DNA of 64,000 nt from assembly GCA_021828545.1 (NCBI GenBank), contig JAJZEN010000081.1, positions 1,849 through 65,848 on the forward strand. The letters are read 5' to 3'. The notes below the pieces were generated by a model. It had not been told where the DNA came from. It made no database searches and saw only the letters and a program-made list of their open reading frames with translations. Position numbers and translations under genes: made by a program. This document shows, piece after piece, positions 9,435 through 18,556 of this stretch (the stretch's first letter is position 1; each line of letters begins with the position of its first letter). This DNA comes from Actinomycetes bacterium (GTDB taxonomy: Bacteria > Actinomycetota > Acidimicrobiia > Acidimicrobiales > RAAP-2).

Positions 9435-10579
9435 TGATGGACAGCGCCACGACCAACCTCACCGTCGATGAACTGAACGACACGGTGCTCGAGATCGAGG
9501 ATTTCTGCGTCGACTACGGCTGGGGAGAAACGGCCGTGCGGGCGGTGAACAACGTGAACCTCAGCGTGCGACGATCGAGGGTGCTCGGCGTCGCCGGCGA
9601 GAGCGGTAGCGGTAAGTCGACCCTGGTCTACGCCGTCACCCGACTACTGCGGTCGCCGGGCGTGATCTCGGGTGGGAGCGCCCGACTCACCTACGACGAC
9701 CCCACGGCGAGCGACGTCAAGCGTCGCACCGTGGATCTCATGGCCGCCTCGGGGAGCGAACTGCGCGCGATCCGCTGGTCCCAGGTGTCCATCGTCCTGC
9801 AGAGTGCCCTGAATGCTCTCAATCCGGTGTTGCGCATCGGTCACGAGTTCGACGAGTTGCTCAAGACCCATCGGAAGGACTTGAAGAAGGAACAGCGTCA
9901 CGCCAGGGCCGTCGAATTACTGGGACTGGTCGGGCTCAACGAGGACCGCCTCTCGCGGTTCCCCCACGAGTTGTCTGGTGGCCAACGACAACGGATCATG
10001 ATTGCCCTGGCGCTCGCGCTCGATCCGCAACTGGTGATCATGGACGAACCAACGACGGCGCTCGACGTGGTGACCCAGCGCGAGATCGTCAATGAACTGG
10101 CCCAGCTCCGCGCCCGATTCGGCTTCTCCATGATCTTCATCACCCACGACCTCTCGTTGTTGGTTGAGTTGGCCGACGACATCGCCGTCATGTACTCGGG
10201 CAACGTGGTGGAATGGGCCCCCGCGGGAGATCTCTATTCGGCGCCGCGTCATCCCTACACGCTGGGTCTCTTGAATTCCTCGCCGCCTCTCTCGGGCGAA
10301 CGGCACGAACTCGTAGGAATCGCGGGTGCGCCGCCGGACCTGTCGCAGCCGTTGAGCGGCTGCAGCTTCCACAATCGTTGCCCCTTCGTCCTCGAACGCT
10401 GCTCCCGTGACGTTCCCCCTCTACGGATTCTTGATTCCTCGGGTCGCAAGGCGGCGTGTTGGTTGCACGACGATCCGACCACGGTACCCGTCGCGTTGCG
10501 ACGAGTGGCGCTCGCGACGTCGCCGGGTGAACCGGCGCCCGGCGCGCCAATGACCCTTGCGCGAGAGGAGATCCGATGA
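9434..10579 (+). CDS. Oligopeptide/dipeptide-type ABC ATPase (OppD-like)
   Basis: GESGSGKS, LSGGQRQR and DEPTTALD motifs; C-terminal HPYT...GCSFHNRCP...ACWL. Confidence 0.92.
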   Translation: MMDSATTNLTVDELNDTVLEIEDFCVDYGWGETAVRAVNNVNLSVRRSRVLGVAGESGSGKSTLVYAVTRLLRSPGVISGGSARLTYDDPTASDVKRRTVDLMAASGSELRAIRWSQVSIVLQSALNALNPVLRIGHEFDELLKTHRKDLKKEQRHARAVELLGLVGLNEDRLSRFPHELSGGQRQRIMIALALALDPQLVIMDEPTTALDVVTQREIVNELAQLRARFGFSMIFITHDLSLLVELADDIAVMYSGNVVEWAPAGDLYSAPRHPYTLGLLNSSPPLSGERHELVGIAGAPPDLSQPLSGCSFHNRCPFVLERCSRDVPPLRILDSSGRKAACWLHDDPTTVPVALRRVALATSPGEPAPGAPMTLAREEIR

Positions 10580-11613
10580 GTGACGTTCGTCACGAGGCCC
10601 GACTCGAGGCCCGTCACCTGTCGCGACACTTCGTGGTCCGAAGTGGTCACGGTTTCGTACGACCCAAGCGCATCGTCCGTGCGGTGGACGACGTGTCGCT
10701 CGCGCTGCGCGAGCGTCGCGTGACCGCGGTGGTGGGTGAATCGGGATCGGGCAAATCGGTCCTCGCGCGCATGCTCGCGCGCATCGTCACGCCCACGTCG
10801 GGCGAACTCGTACTCGACGGCACCACGATCGAGCTGGGGTCGCCGCGCGACCTCGCGTACGCCTCGGAAGTCCAGTTAGTGCTACAAGACCCCTTCGCCT
10901 CGATAAATCCCGTGCACCGTATCGCCAATTCTCTCGCTCGCCCCTTAGCGATTCACGGCATTCCTAAGGCGGAGTTGGGAGATCGGATGCGCGCGGCGCT
11001 GTCGCGCGTGTCGCTCGAGCCCCCCGAACGCTACTTGGACCGCTACCCCCACGAACTCTCGGGGGGGCAGTTACAGCGAGTGTCCATCGCGCGAGCGCTC
11101 TGCGTCAACCCCAAGGTCCTCTTGGCCGATGAGCCGATCTCCATGCTCGACGTGTCGGTGAGGTTGGGGGTGTTGAATCTCCTACGCGGGCTCTGTGATG
11201 ATGAGCAACTCGCCGTGCTGTACATCACGCACGACATCGCCTCGGCGCGCTACATCGCCGACGAGACCATCGTGATGTACGCCGGCAACGTCGTCGAACG
11301 TTCCGAGGGCACCGCGTTGATCGATTCTCCGGCGCATCCCTACACCCAATTGTTGATCTCCTCGGTGCCTGACCCGAGCGATCCACTACGTCGCGCACCC
11401 GAAATCGAGGACCGGGCGGGTCAAGGCATCTTTCCCGACGTGGGCTGTCGTTTCGCGCCACGATGCCCTCACGCCATGGAGGTGTGTCGTACGAGTGCGC
11501 CGCCGATGTTCGAGGTGGCCGCTGGCCACGAGGCGCGCTGCTGGTTGCACGAGTCGGCGGTCAAGGTTTCTGTCACCCGACGAGAGCAAGGGGGAAACAT
11601 TTCGACGACGTAA
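10576..11613 (+). CDS. Oligopeptide/dipeptide-type ABC ATPase (OppF-like)
   Basis: GESGSGKS, LSGGQLQR and DEPISMLD motifs; HPYT...GCRFAPRCP. Confidence 0.92.
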   Translation: MSDVRHEARLEARHLSRHFVVRSGHGFVRPKRIVRAVDDVSLALRERRVTAVVGESGSGKSVLARMLARIVTPTSGELVLDGTTIELGSPRDLAYASEVQLVLQDPFASINPVHRIANSLARPLAIHGIPKAELGDRMRAALSRVSLEPPERYLDRYPHELSGGQLQRVSIARALCVNPKVLLADEPISMLDVSVRLGVLNLLRGLCDDEQLAVLYITHDIASARYIADETIVMYAGNVVERSEGTALIDSPAHPYTQLLISSVPDPSDPLRRAPEIEDRAGQGIFPDVGCRFAPRCPHAMEVCRTSAPPMFEVAAGHEARCWLHESAVKVSVTRREQGGNISTT

Positions 11614-11756
11614 CGCACCTTCAGGTGCCGCGGGACGTCGCTACAACTGGTGACCCACACCAATGAGAGCGTCCAGTCGGCCCCGCAATACCCATACGAC
11701 TTACACGGTCAAAAGAAGAGTCGGCGTATGCCGACTGGACAATTCAAAGGATACTA

Positions 11757-13427
11757 ATGATTAGAAAGATAGCCATCATCGCTTCCGCGATGTCGTGCTT
11801 GACACTAGGTGTCATCGGCGTTAACGGCGCAACAGCGTCAGCGGCCAAGAGCCACGTGTTGACCGAGGAGGGCAATACGGGGGTCACGTTCACGAAGAAC
11901 TTCAATCCCTTCAACCCCAACTCGCTGGTCGGGCAGATGAGCATTAAGTCGCTCACCTACGAACCCCTCATCGAGTTCGACTACCTCAAGGCCAATACCC
12001 AGTACCCGTGGCTGGCCACGGGCTACACGTGGACCAATGGTGGACGTACGTTGACGTTCGCTCTGCGTCACAACGTGGAGTGGAGTGACGGCCAGCCCTT
12101 CACTTCGGCGGACGTGGCCTACACGTTCAACCTAATCGGACAGAGCCCAGCGGCCAACTACTCGGGCGTGCCCGCGATGACCAGTCCGGCGATCGCCAAG
12201 GGTGCCTATACGGTGGTGCTGAACTTCGCGTCACCGGCGTACCAGGACATCACGGGCATTGCCGGTAGCACCCTCATCGTGCCCGAGCACATTTGGTCCA
12301 AGATTGCCAACCCCGCCAAGGCTGTCATCACTTACCCCGTCGGTACGGGACCCTACGTGCTCAAGAGCTACTCACCGCAGTTGGTCTCCTACGTCGCGAA
12401 CCCGCACTACTGGGGTGGGACACCCGCAGCGACGCAGGTCAATATCCCGTCGTACTCGAGCAATGCGTCGGCTGCGACGGCTCTCGCCAATGGTCAGTTG
12501 GACTGGGCCGGAAACGATATCGCCAACATCAAATCACTTTTCATCAACAAGAATCCCAAGACGAACCACTACTTCTTCGCGGGTGGTAACACGGTCAGCC
12601 TGGAGTTCAACACCACCGGAACCGGTCCGTTGAGCGACCCCAAGGTGCGCGCGGCGATCAGTGCGGGCATCAACCGGACCGCACTTGGCGTGGAGGGTGA
12701 GAGCGGTTACGAAGTGCCGGCGACGTCGTCGAGCGGCTTGATCTTGCCCAACCAGGGTGCGTTCCAGAGCCCGGCAACGAAGAATGACCTGTCGCCCACC
12801 GCCGACGCCGCCAAAGTGGCGTCGATCCTGACGAGTGACGGCTACACGAAGGCGTCGAGCGGCATGTGGGAGAAGAACGGTCAGGAGATCACCTTCAGTA
12901 TCGAGGATCCGACCGCCTACTCCGACTACTACGCCGACGCGCAGTTGATCTCGAACTCACTGAAGTCCGAGGGTATCAACGCGACGGTGGACGGCGTGCA
13001 GGCCTCGCAGTGGTACTCCGACTTGGCGGCGGGAACGTTCCAGAGCGCCATCCACTGGGGTGCCGGCGGAGCGAATCCGTTCGTGCAGTACCAGAACTGG
13101 CTGGACTACAACACCTTCGTGGCGCCGAACCCGACCAACGCGTCGGGTGACTTTGGTCGCTACAAGAGTCCCGCGGCCGAGACGGCCCTGAAGAAGCTGG
13201 AGACGACGGCTCCGAACAACGTGGCGGCCGTCAAGAGCGCCACGCAAGCCCTGGGCAACATCTTGACCACGCAGGTCCCGGTGGCTCCGTTGCTCTACGG
13301 TGCGGACTGGAACATTTACTCCACGGCCCACTTCACCGGCTGGGTGACCGCGGCGAACCCCTACGCTGACCCGTCGCCCAGCGACCCCGAGTTGCCTCTC
13401 ATCTTGATGCACCTCAAGGCCGCGTAG
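11757..13427 (+). CDS. Family-5 ABC substrate-binding protein, probably oligosaccharide-binding
   Basis: Signal peptide; NFNPF, WSDGQPFTSADVAYTF, GTGPY and DPKVRAAIS motifs; genomic context of LacI and GH1. Confidence 0.88.
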   Translation: MIRKIAIIASAMSCLTLGVIGVNGATASAAKSHVLTEEGNTGVTFTKNFNPFNPNSLVGQMSIKSLTYEPLIEFDYLKANTQYPWLATGYTWTNGGRTLTFALRHNVEWSDGQPFTSADVAYTFNLIGQSPAANYSGVPAMTSPAIAKGAYTVVLNFASPAYQDITGIAGSTLIVPEHIWSKIANPAKAVITYPVGTGPYVLKSYSPQLVSYVANPHYWGGTPAATQVNIPSYSSNASAATALANGQLDWAGNDIANIKSLFINKNPKTNHYFFAGGNTVSLEFNTTGTGPLSDPKVRAAISAGINRTALGVEGESGYEVPATSSSGLILPNQGAFQSPATKNDLSPTADAAKVASILTSDGYTKASSGMWEKNGQEITFSIEDPTAYSDYYADAQLISNSLKSEGINATVDGVQASQWYSDLAAGTFQSAIHWGAGGANPFVQYQNWLDYNTFVAPNPTNASGDFGRYKSPAAETALKKLETTAPNNVAAVKSATQALGNILTTQVPVAPLLYGADWNIYSTAHFTGWVTAANPYADPSPSDPELPLILMHLKAA

Positions 13428-13439
13428 GCCTCCTCGCTC

Positions 13440-13474
13440 TTCTGGTGACCCCGACCCGTTCGGGGTCACCAGAA
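13440..13474 (+). terminator. Stem-loop after the substrate-binding protein gene
   Basis: Perfect 15-bp inverted repeat TTCTGGTGACCCCGA / TCGGGGTCACCAGAA with a 5-nt loop. Confidence 0.75.
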
Positions 13475-13599
13475 ACAGCGCAGTGGAAGCACCGCTTCCG
13501 TCACTTCAACGTGCGGCCTCGTTTTCCTCCAACTCAACGAGGCCGCACGACGAAGTGGTCCCGAATTATATGACTTCCCACTATCAGGAGATCCACCCC

Positions 13600-15045
13600 G
13601 TGAGCAATAGCTCGAATCACAGTGATCGCACCCGACGTTTCCCCCCCGACTTCTTATGGGGTGCGGCCACTGCGTCGTACCAGATCGAGGGAGCCACCAC
13701 GATCGACGGCCGCGGGCCATCGATCTGGGACACCTTCAGCCACACCCCCGGCGCAGTATTGAATGGTGACACCGGCGACATCGCCTGTGACCACTATCAC
13801 CGTATGGACGAGGACCTCGATCTGATGGCCGACTTGGGCGTGAGGGCGTATCGCTTCTCAGTGGCGTGGCCCCGTGTCATCCCGCGCGGCACCGGCGAAG
13901 TGAATCAGGCTGGCCTGGACTTCTATCGTCGTCTGGTCGACGGCCTACGGGAGCGCGAGATCGAGCCCACCTGCACCCTGTATCACTGGGACCTTCCCCA
14001 GCCGCTCGAGGACCGCGGTGGCTGGGTCGTGCGCGAGACGGCCGAAGCGTACGCCGCCTACGTCGAGGTCGTCGCGCGAGCACTCGGCGGCGACGTCGAG
14101 CGATGGATCACCCTCAACGAGCCCTGGTGTTCGTCGTGGCTCGGCTACGGCTCGGGGCATCACGCACCGGGTCGGCGCGACATCGGCATGGCCGCTGCCG
14201 CCACGCACCATCTCCTCTTGGCGCACGGTATGGCCGTACCGATTCTGCGCTCGCAGATCCCCGACGCGAAGGTCGGCATCACTCTTAATCTCAGCGATCA
14301 CCGGCCCGGGAGTGACGACGAACTCGACATCGCCGCAGTACGTCGGGCCGACGGTAATCTCAACCGACTCTTCCTCGATCCCATCTTCCATGGTCGTTAC
14401 CCCACGGACATGCTGGAGCACTACGCGAGCGTCGTCCCGGGCTTTCGCGTGGTGCGCGAGGGAGACCTCGATCTCATCTCCCAACCGCTCGATTTCCTTG
14501 GCGTGAACTACTACTCGCCCTCGACGGTGGTCGATGAGTCGCGCGCGACGCAGGCGCGCATGGCGGGCTATATCGTGGCGACGGGCGACCAATTTCCCGA
14601 CCTGCGCCTACGCGGACTCGAGACGCCCGGCCGCGATCGTACGGCCATGGACTGGGAGATCCACGCCGCGGGTTTGACCGCCCTACTCGTACGAATCCGC
14701 GACGAATACACCGGGGTCCCGATCTTCATCACGGAGAATGGTGCCGCCTTCAACGACTACGTTGATCCCCACGGGCGGGTCTTGGACCTCAATCGCGTGG
14801 CCTACCTCCAAGAGCACATCTCGGCGGTGCACGACGCCATCGACGCCGGCGTCAACGTGCAGGGGTATTTCGTCTGGAGTCTGCTCGATAACTTCGAATG
14901 GGCCTTCGGGTATTCGCAACGCTTCGGCATTGTGTGGGTGGACTTCCCCACGGGGGAACGGCTGCGCAAGGAGAGTTTTCGTTGGTACCGTGAGGCGATC
15001 GCGTCGAACACCGTTCAATACGCGCGGTCGCCGGGCGGCCACTAG
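13600..15045 (+). CDS. GH1 beta-glucosidase
   Basis: FLWGAATASYQIEG, YRFSVAWPR, TLNEP (acid/base) and ITENG (nucleophile). Start revised to GTG 13600, 9 nt after AGGAG; ATG 13570 is an alternative. Confidence 0.95.
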   Translation: MSNSSNHSDRTRRFPPDFLWGAATASYQIEGATTIDGRGPSIWDTFSHTPGAVLNGDTGDIACDHYHRMDEDLDLMADLGVRAYRFSVAWPRVIPRGTGEVNQAGLDFYRRLVDGLREREIEPTCTLYHWDLPQPLEDRGGWVVRETAEAYAAYVEVVARALGGDVERWITLNEPWCSSWLGYGSGHHAPGRRDIGMAAAATHHLLLAHGMAVPILRSQIPDAKVGITLNLSDHRPGSDDELDIAAVRRADGNLNRLFLDPIFHGRYPTDMLEHYASVVPGFRVVREGDLDLISQPLDFLGVNYYSPSTVVDESRATQARMAGYIVATGDQFPDLRLRGLETPGRDRTAMDWEIHAAGLTALLVRIRDEYTGVPIFITENGAAFNDYVDPHGRVLDLNRVAYLQEHISAVHDAIDAGVNVQGYFVWSLLDNFEWAFGYSQRFGIVWVDFPTGERLRKESFRWYREAIASNTVQYARSPGGH

Positions 15046-15069
15046 GTCCGTCTCCCGGGCCGACTCGAT

Positions 15070-15112
15070 GCCGCGGTGTGTCACGCCAGATGGGGTCGTG
15101 ACGCACCGCGGT
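15070..15112 (+). terminator. Stem-loop after the GH1 gene
   Basis: GCCGCGGTGTGTCACG pairs with CGTGACGCACCGCGGT (includes G-U pairs). Confidence 0.6.
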
Positions 15113-15132
15113 GCGAGCGGTGATGGGAAGAT

Positions 15133-16392
15133 GTGATGGCGAGTAGGTGGTCGCGGGGGCGACGTCGTGACCACACGCCACGGCCCAGTCTGCGCAATAC
15201 TTTCAGCGCACTGTCGATACGGCCGTATCGGCAGTGGTTCATCAGTCAGGTGCTATCGGCCTCGGGCACCATGACTCAGAGCGTGGCCCTGTCGTGGCTG
15301 GTGTTGCGACTGACGGGTAGTGGCGTCGACCTGGGACTCGTCACCACCTGTACCTTCGCCCCGATGTTGCTCGGAGGTCCGTGGGCCGGCGCACTCGTCG
15401 ATCGCGCGAATCGACGTCGCCTGCTCATCGTGACCCAGTGTCTCTACATCGTCCTCTCACTGACTCTCGCACTCGTGACCGCTACCGGAGTAACCCGCCT
15501 GTGGATGGTGCTGGTGGTGGCGCTGGCCTCGGGCTGCGTTGGTGCGCCCGACGCGGCCGCTCGTCAGGTGTACGCGATAGACCTCGTGGGACTCGAGTTC
15601 CTCACCAGTGCCGTGAGCTTGAACGAAGTGGTCCTCAACGCGTCGCGCGTCGTCGGTCCCGCCTTGGGCGGAGTACTCCTGGCGACCGCGGGCGTCACGG
15701 CGTGTTGTCTCGCCAACGCCGCTTCGTTCATTCCCCCTTTGATCGTTCTCTATCAGCACCGTCGCCTGGCACTCCCGGAGCGTCCAGTGTCGCCGCACCG
15801 TGATCACCTAATGATGGGGTTACGCTACGCGTGGCAGAACCGAACTATTCGTCTGGTGCTGTTGCTCGCGGCCGCGTCGGGCATGCTCTTTAACATGGGC
15901 GTGCCACTACCGTTGCTCGCCACCCGGACTTTCCATCTCGGTCCGGCTGGTTACGGACTGATGATGTCGGTCTTTGGGGCGGGCGGCATCGTGGGTGGCG
16001 TCTGCGCGGCGGCGGGACACCGAGCTCCGACGCGCGCCATGGTGGTGGTGTTGGCCGCGGTGACCGCCGGGACGGTCCTGGCGACCGCCCTGGCACGCAA
16101 CGTGACGGAGGTGTACCTAGGGCTGGTCGTGACGGGCTGGGCGTCGATCTGGTTCATCGCGCGCGCCAATGCTCTGGTGCAGTTCGAGTCCCCACCACAA
16201 TTGCGCGGACGAGTCATGGCCGTCTGGTCGATGGCGCTACCGGGACTGATGCCCGTGACGAGTCCTCTCGTGGGGTACGTCGCTGGCGCGCTGGGAGCGC
16301 GAGAGGGCTTCGGTCTCTCGGGCGCCGCTCTCGCCGTCCTGGCGCTGGCCGGAGTCTGGGGATCGCGTCCCCGTCGTGACGCGAGCGCGTGA
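15133..16392 (+). CDS. MFS transporter (H+ antiporter/DUF894-like)
   Basis: About 12 hydrophobic segments; GALVDRANRRRLL motif A; LRGRVMA. Start codon uncertain. Confidence 0.85.
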   Translation: MMASRWSRGRRRDHTPRPSLRNTFSALSIRPYRQWFISQVLSASGTMTQSVALSWLVLRLTGSGVDLGLVTTCTFAPMLLGGPWAGALVDRANRRRLLIVTQCLYIVLSLTLALVTATGVTRLWMVLVVALASGCVGAPDAAARQVYAIDLVGLEFLTSAVSLNEVVLNASRVVGPALGGVLLATAGVTACCLANAASFIPPLIVLYQHRRLALPERPVSPHRDHLMMGLRYAWQNRTIRLVLLLAAASGMLFNMGVPLPLLATRTFHLGPAGYGLMMSVFGAGGIVGGVCAAAGHRAPTRAMVVVLAAVTAGTVLATALARNVTEVYLGLVVTGWASIWFIARANALVQFESPPQLRGRVMAVWSMALPGLMPVTSPLVGYVAGALGAREGFGLSGAALAVLALAGVWGSRPRRDASA

Positions 16393-16953
16393 CTCGTTAA
16401 AACGCTGCGCGATCGACTCCGCCAGTGATCGGTACTGCTCGACGTCGGGAGTATCCACGAGGGAGGCCTTGGCGCGATCGTCCCACGAGCGCAGAGCCAG
16501 CGCCGCGCCGAAACCGGGGTGCGCCTCGAAGCGCGCGCGTTCGTCGGCGAGCAGGGGCCCGCCCTGGGCGACGAGCGTGGCCCGCGACGTCGCCGAGAGC
16601 TCGTCGAGGTAATCCGGATCGATGCTGGCGCGCCATCGTTTGGCCATGACGTGCAACGCCACGGGTTGGGCGACCTCGGGTCCGAGGAGTGGCGAGAGGA
16701 TTCGCGCTCCCGCGGCCGCGTGGTCGTCGTCGACGCTCCCGTCGTCGTGGGAGTGGTCGTCGTGAAGGTACCACCCCGCGTCGTGAAAGAGCGCCGCGAT
16801 CACCAATTCGCCGCTGGCGCCGTCGGCACTGGCGAGCGCGGCGCACTGGCGCGCGTGGTCGTCCGCGCTGACGCCCTCACCGTAGTGGCGGTGTCCGAGG
16901 GAGTGATGCAGTGCGAAGAGTTCCTCGAGCGACGCGGGCCCCGCGCCGTTCAT
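16237..16953 (-). CDS. PhnZ/TmpB-like HD-domain oxygenase/phosphohydrolase
   Basis: YGEGVS..DHARQCA, ALFHDAG, DHAAAGA, ALHVMAKR and WDDRAK motifs. The C-terminal ~50 codons overlap the MFS gene in antisense. Confidence 0.75.
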   Translation of the reverse strand: MNGAGPASLEELFALHHSLGHRHYGEGVSADDHARQCAALASADGASGELVIAALFHDAGWYLHDDHSHDDGSVDDDHAAAGARILSPLLGPEVAQPVALHVMAKRWRASIDPDYLDELSATSRATLVAQGGPLLADERARFEAHPGFGAALALRSWDDRAKASLVDTPDVEQYRSLAESIAQRFNESRARVTTGTRSPDSGQRQDGESGARETEALSRSQRASDVPHERTRHGHQSR

Positions 16954-17072
16954 TTCAACTCGATGCGTCGAGCGAAATAACTGTGCATCACGTCACTCTA
17001 GAAACGCAGGATTACCCCACCGTGTCGATTGGGCTACCCCAAAGTGACGAGCCGGTGGATGTCACTGGCCGC

Positions 17073-17112
17073 CTCGACCATGACACCGCACTCCCTCGGT
17101 GCCATGGTCGAG
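17073..17112. terminator. Stem-loop in the intergenic region downstream of the COG4315 gene
   Basis: CTCGACCATG/CATGGTCGAG plus CACCG/CGGTG nested stems. Confidence 0.5.
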
Positions 17113-17176
17113 CGACGCTCGCTCGGCGATGATCGGTGAAACGTCGCTGGCCCACCTCCGCTCACGCTGGGAGGAT

Positions 17177-17704
17177 CTAGTACGCGCCACCGCCCGAACT
17201 GGGCTTGGTCGGTGAGTGCGTCGAGGGCTTGGCGAGGACGACGTCGGCCCATCGACCCCACGTGTTGGTGAGGTTGCCGTGAACTTGACCGGGCGCCGTG
17301 TCGAGCACGAACCAGTACAACTTCTTGCCCGCGTAGGTCACTTGTCGTCGCCCCCCGGCGACGACGACACTCGACAGCTCGCGCGCGTTCACTCCTTTGC
17401 CGGCGACGGCCTTCATCGATCCCTTGGGTAAGAGGACGGGGGGCCAATACTTCCAACACGTCGCCGTGCAGGCGACCTTGCTCGGCGCCAGGGTGTACAG
17501 CGTCGTTCGACTGGCCAGGATTGTCCCATCCGTCTTCGTCTTGAGCGCGGATATCACGACCTTGGGCGTCGTGTGAGGGGTGCTGGCGCCCGATACCGTA
17601 GTCGTACCCACGACGCCGAGTGCCGCGCCCAGCGTGACGCCAGCGACGACACCTCGTCGCAGCCACGTCGGGCGAATGAGTGTCGTCGATGTGTGGTGTT
17701 CCAT
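17177..17704 (-). CDS. Secreted Yx(F/W/Y)xxD-repeat protein (COG4315 / Lipoprotein_15-like)
   Basis: TLYTL..CTATCWKYWPP and QVTYAGKKLYWFVLDTAPGQVHG repeats. Start revised to ATG 17704 after GAGGAAAGGA. Confidence 0.8.
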   Translation of the reverse strand: MEHHTSTTLIRPTWLRRGVVAGVTLGAALGVVGTTTVSGASTPHTTPKVVISALKTKTDGTILASRTTLYTLAPSKVACTATCWKYWPPVLLPKGSMKAVAGKGVNARELSSVVVAGGRRQVTYAGKKLYWFVLDTAPGQVHGNLTNTWGRWADVVLAKPSTHSPTKPSSGGGAY

Positions 17705-17819
17705 GTAGGTCCTTTCCTCAGTGAACGCGCGAAGGTCGATGCGTTCGGGTAGTGGCACGCGAACTCGCTCCTACTCGTTGTCGCGAGTGACGCAGCGAAC
17801 TCCACGCTCCGGCTAGGTA

Positions 17820-17845
17820 TACGCACGAACGGTCCCGAGGGATCA
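17820..17845 (-). promoter_or_regulatory. Putative ECF-sigma promoter of the COG4315 gene
   Basis: Minus strand TGATCCCTCG-N12-CGTA, with the same motif and spacing as upstream of the sigma gene. Confidence 0.7.
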
Positions 17846-17890
17846 CGAGGGCCACCCGGCGGCGTGGCACCACGGGGCAAGACGTGGGAG

Positions 17891-18556
17891 TTACGACGAC
17901 CACGTCGCGGTCGCGAGCACGTCGCCGTAGTGGTCGCTGATCGTGGCCGAGGTCACCCGCGCCGCGCCGGCCTGGATCTGCGCCGACCACGCGCCGACGC
18001 CATTGACGATGGAGAAACGTCCGAGGGGTTCGACGCGCCCATTGGTCAGGCGCACGCTGCACCATGCCGTGCCGGACCAGTGTCGGTCGTCGACGCTCAT
18101 CGAGAGCCATGAGGGGTCGCCTCGAGTGAGGAAGACCTGACCTAGGACTCGGCCCTGGGACGTGAGGCGTGCGCTGAGAGGTGGGGAGGTGCGCGCCGTA
18201 CGCTCGGAGAGATCGGACCCGAGGACCAGTCCCAGGACAACAAGCACCGATGCGACGAGTGCGGCGCCCAGACGTGGGCGCCACGCGTGGCGTCGTCGTA
18301 GCGTGCGCGGGGCGCCGAAATGACGCTCGAGGAGTCGTCCCTCGAATCCGATCGGTGGTTCGATGGCCGGGGTCAGCACCAGTAACGCGTCGCCCACGTC
18401 GCTCCACGAGGCCACCTCATCGCCGCAGGCCCCGCACGTGGCGAGGTGCTCGATCATCCGCGCCCGGTCCCGACCCGTGAGAGTGCCGAGGGCGAACTCC
18501 ACGAGCTCGGACCGATACGACGAGCACTCGTCACCCGGCGGACGTGAGTACGTCAC
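17891..18556 (-). CDS. Zinc-finger (ZAS) transmembrane anti-sigma factor, RskA-like
   Basis: HLATCGAC (HxxxCxxC), one transmembrane segment and an extracytoplasmic tail. GTG 18556 overlaps the sigma stop (GTGA). Confidence 0.85.
   Translation of the reverse strand: MTYSRPPGDECSSYRSELVEFALGTLTGRDRARMIEHLATCGACGDEVASWSDVGDALLVLTPAIEPPIGFEGRLLERHFGAPRTLRRRHAWRPRLGAALVASVLVVLGLVLGSDLSERTARTSPPLSARLTSQGRVLGQVFLTRGDPSWLSMSVDDRHWSGTAWCSVRLTNGRVEPLGRFSIVNGVGAWSAQIQAGAARVTSATISDHYGDVLATATWSS

Noticed and set aside
6287-13523. Shared GGCCTCGTT 9-mer in the LacI promoter spacer and in the hairpin before GH1
   Set aside because: Too short, different structural context, and not LacI-operator-like; probably chance.
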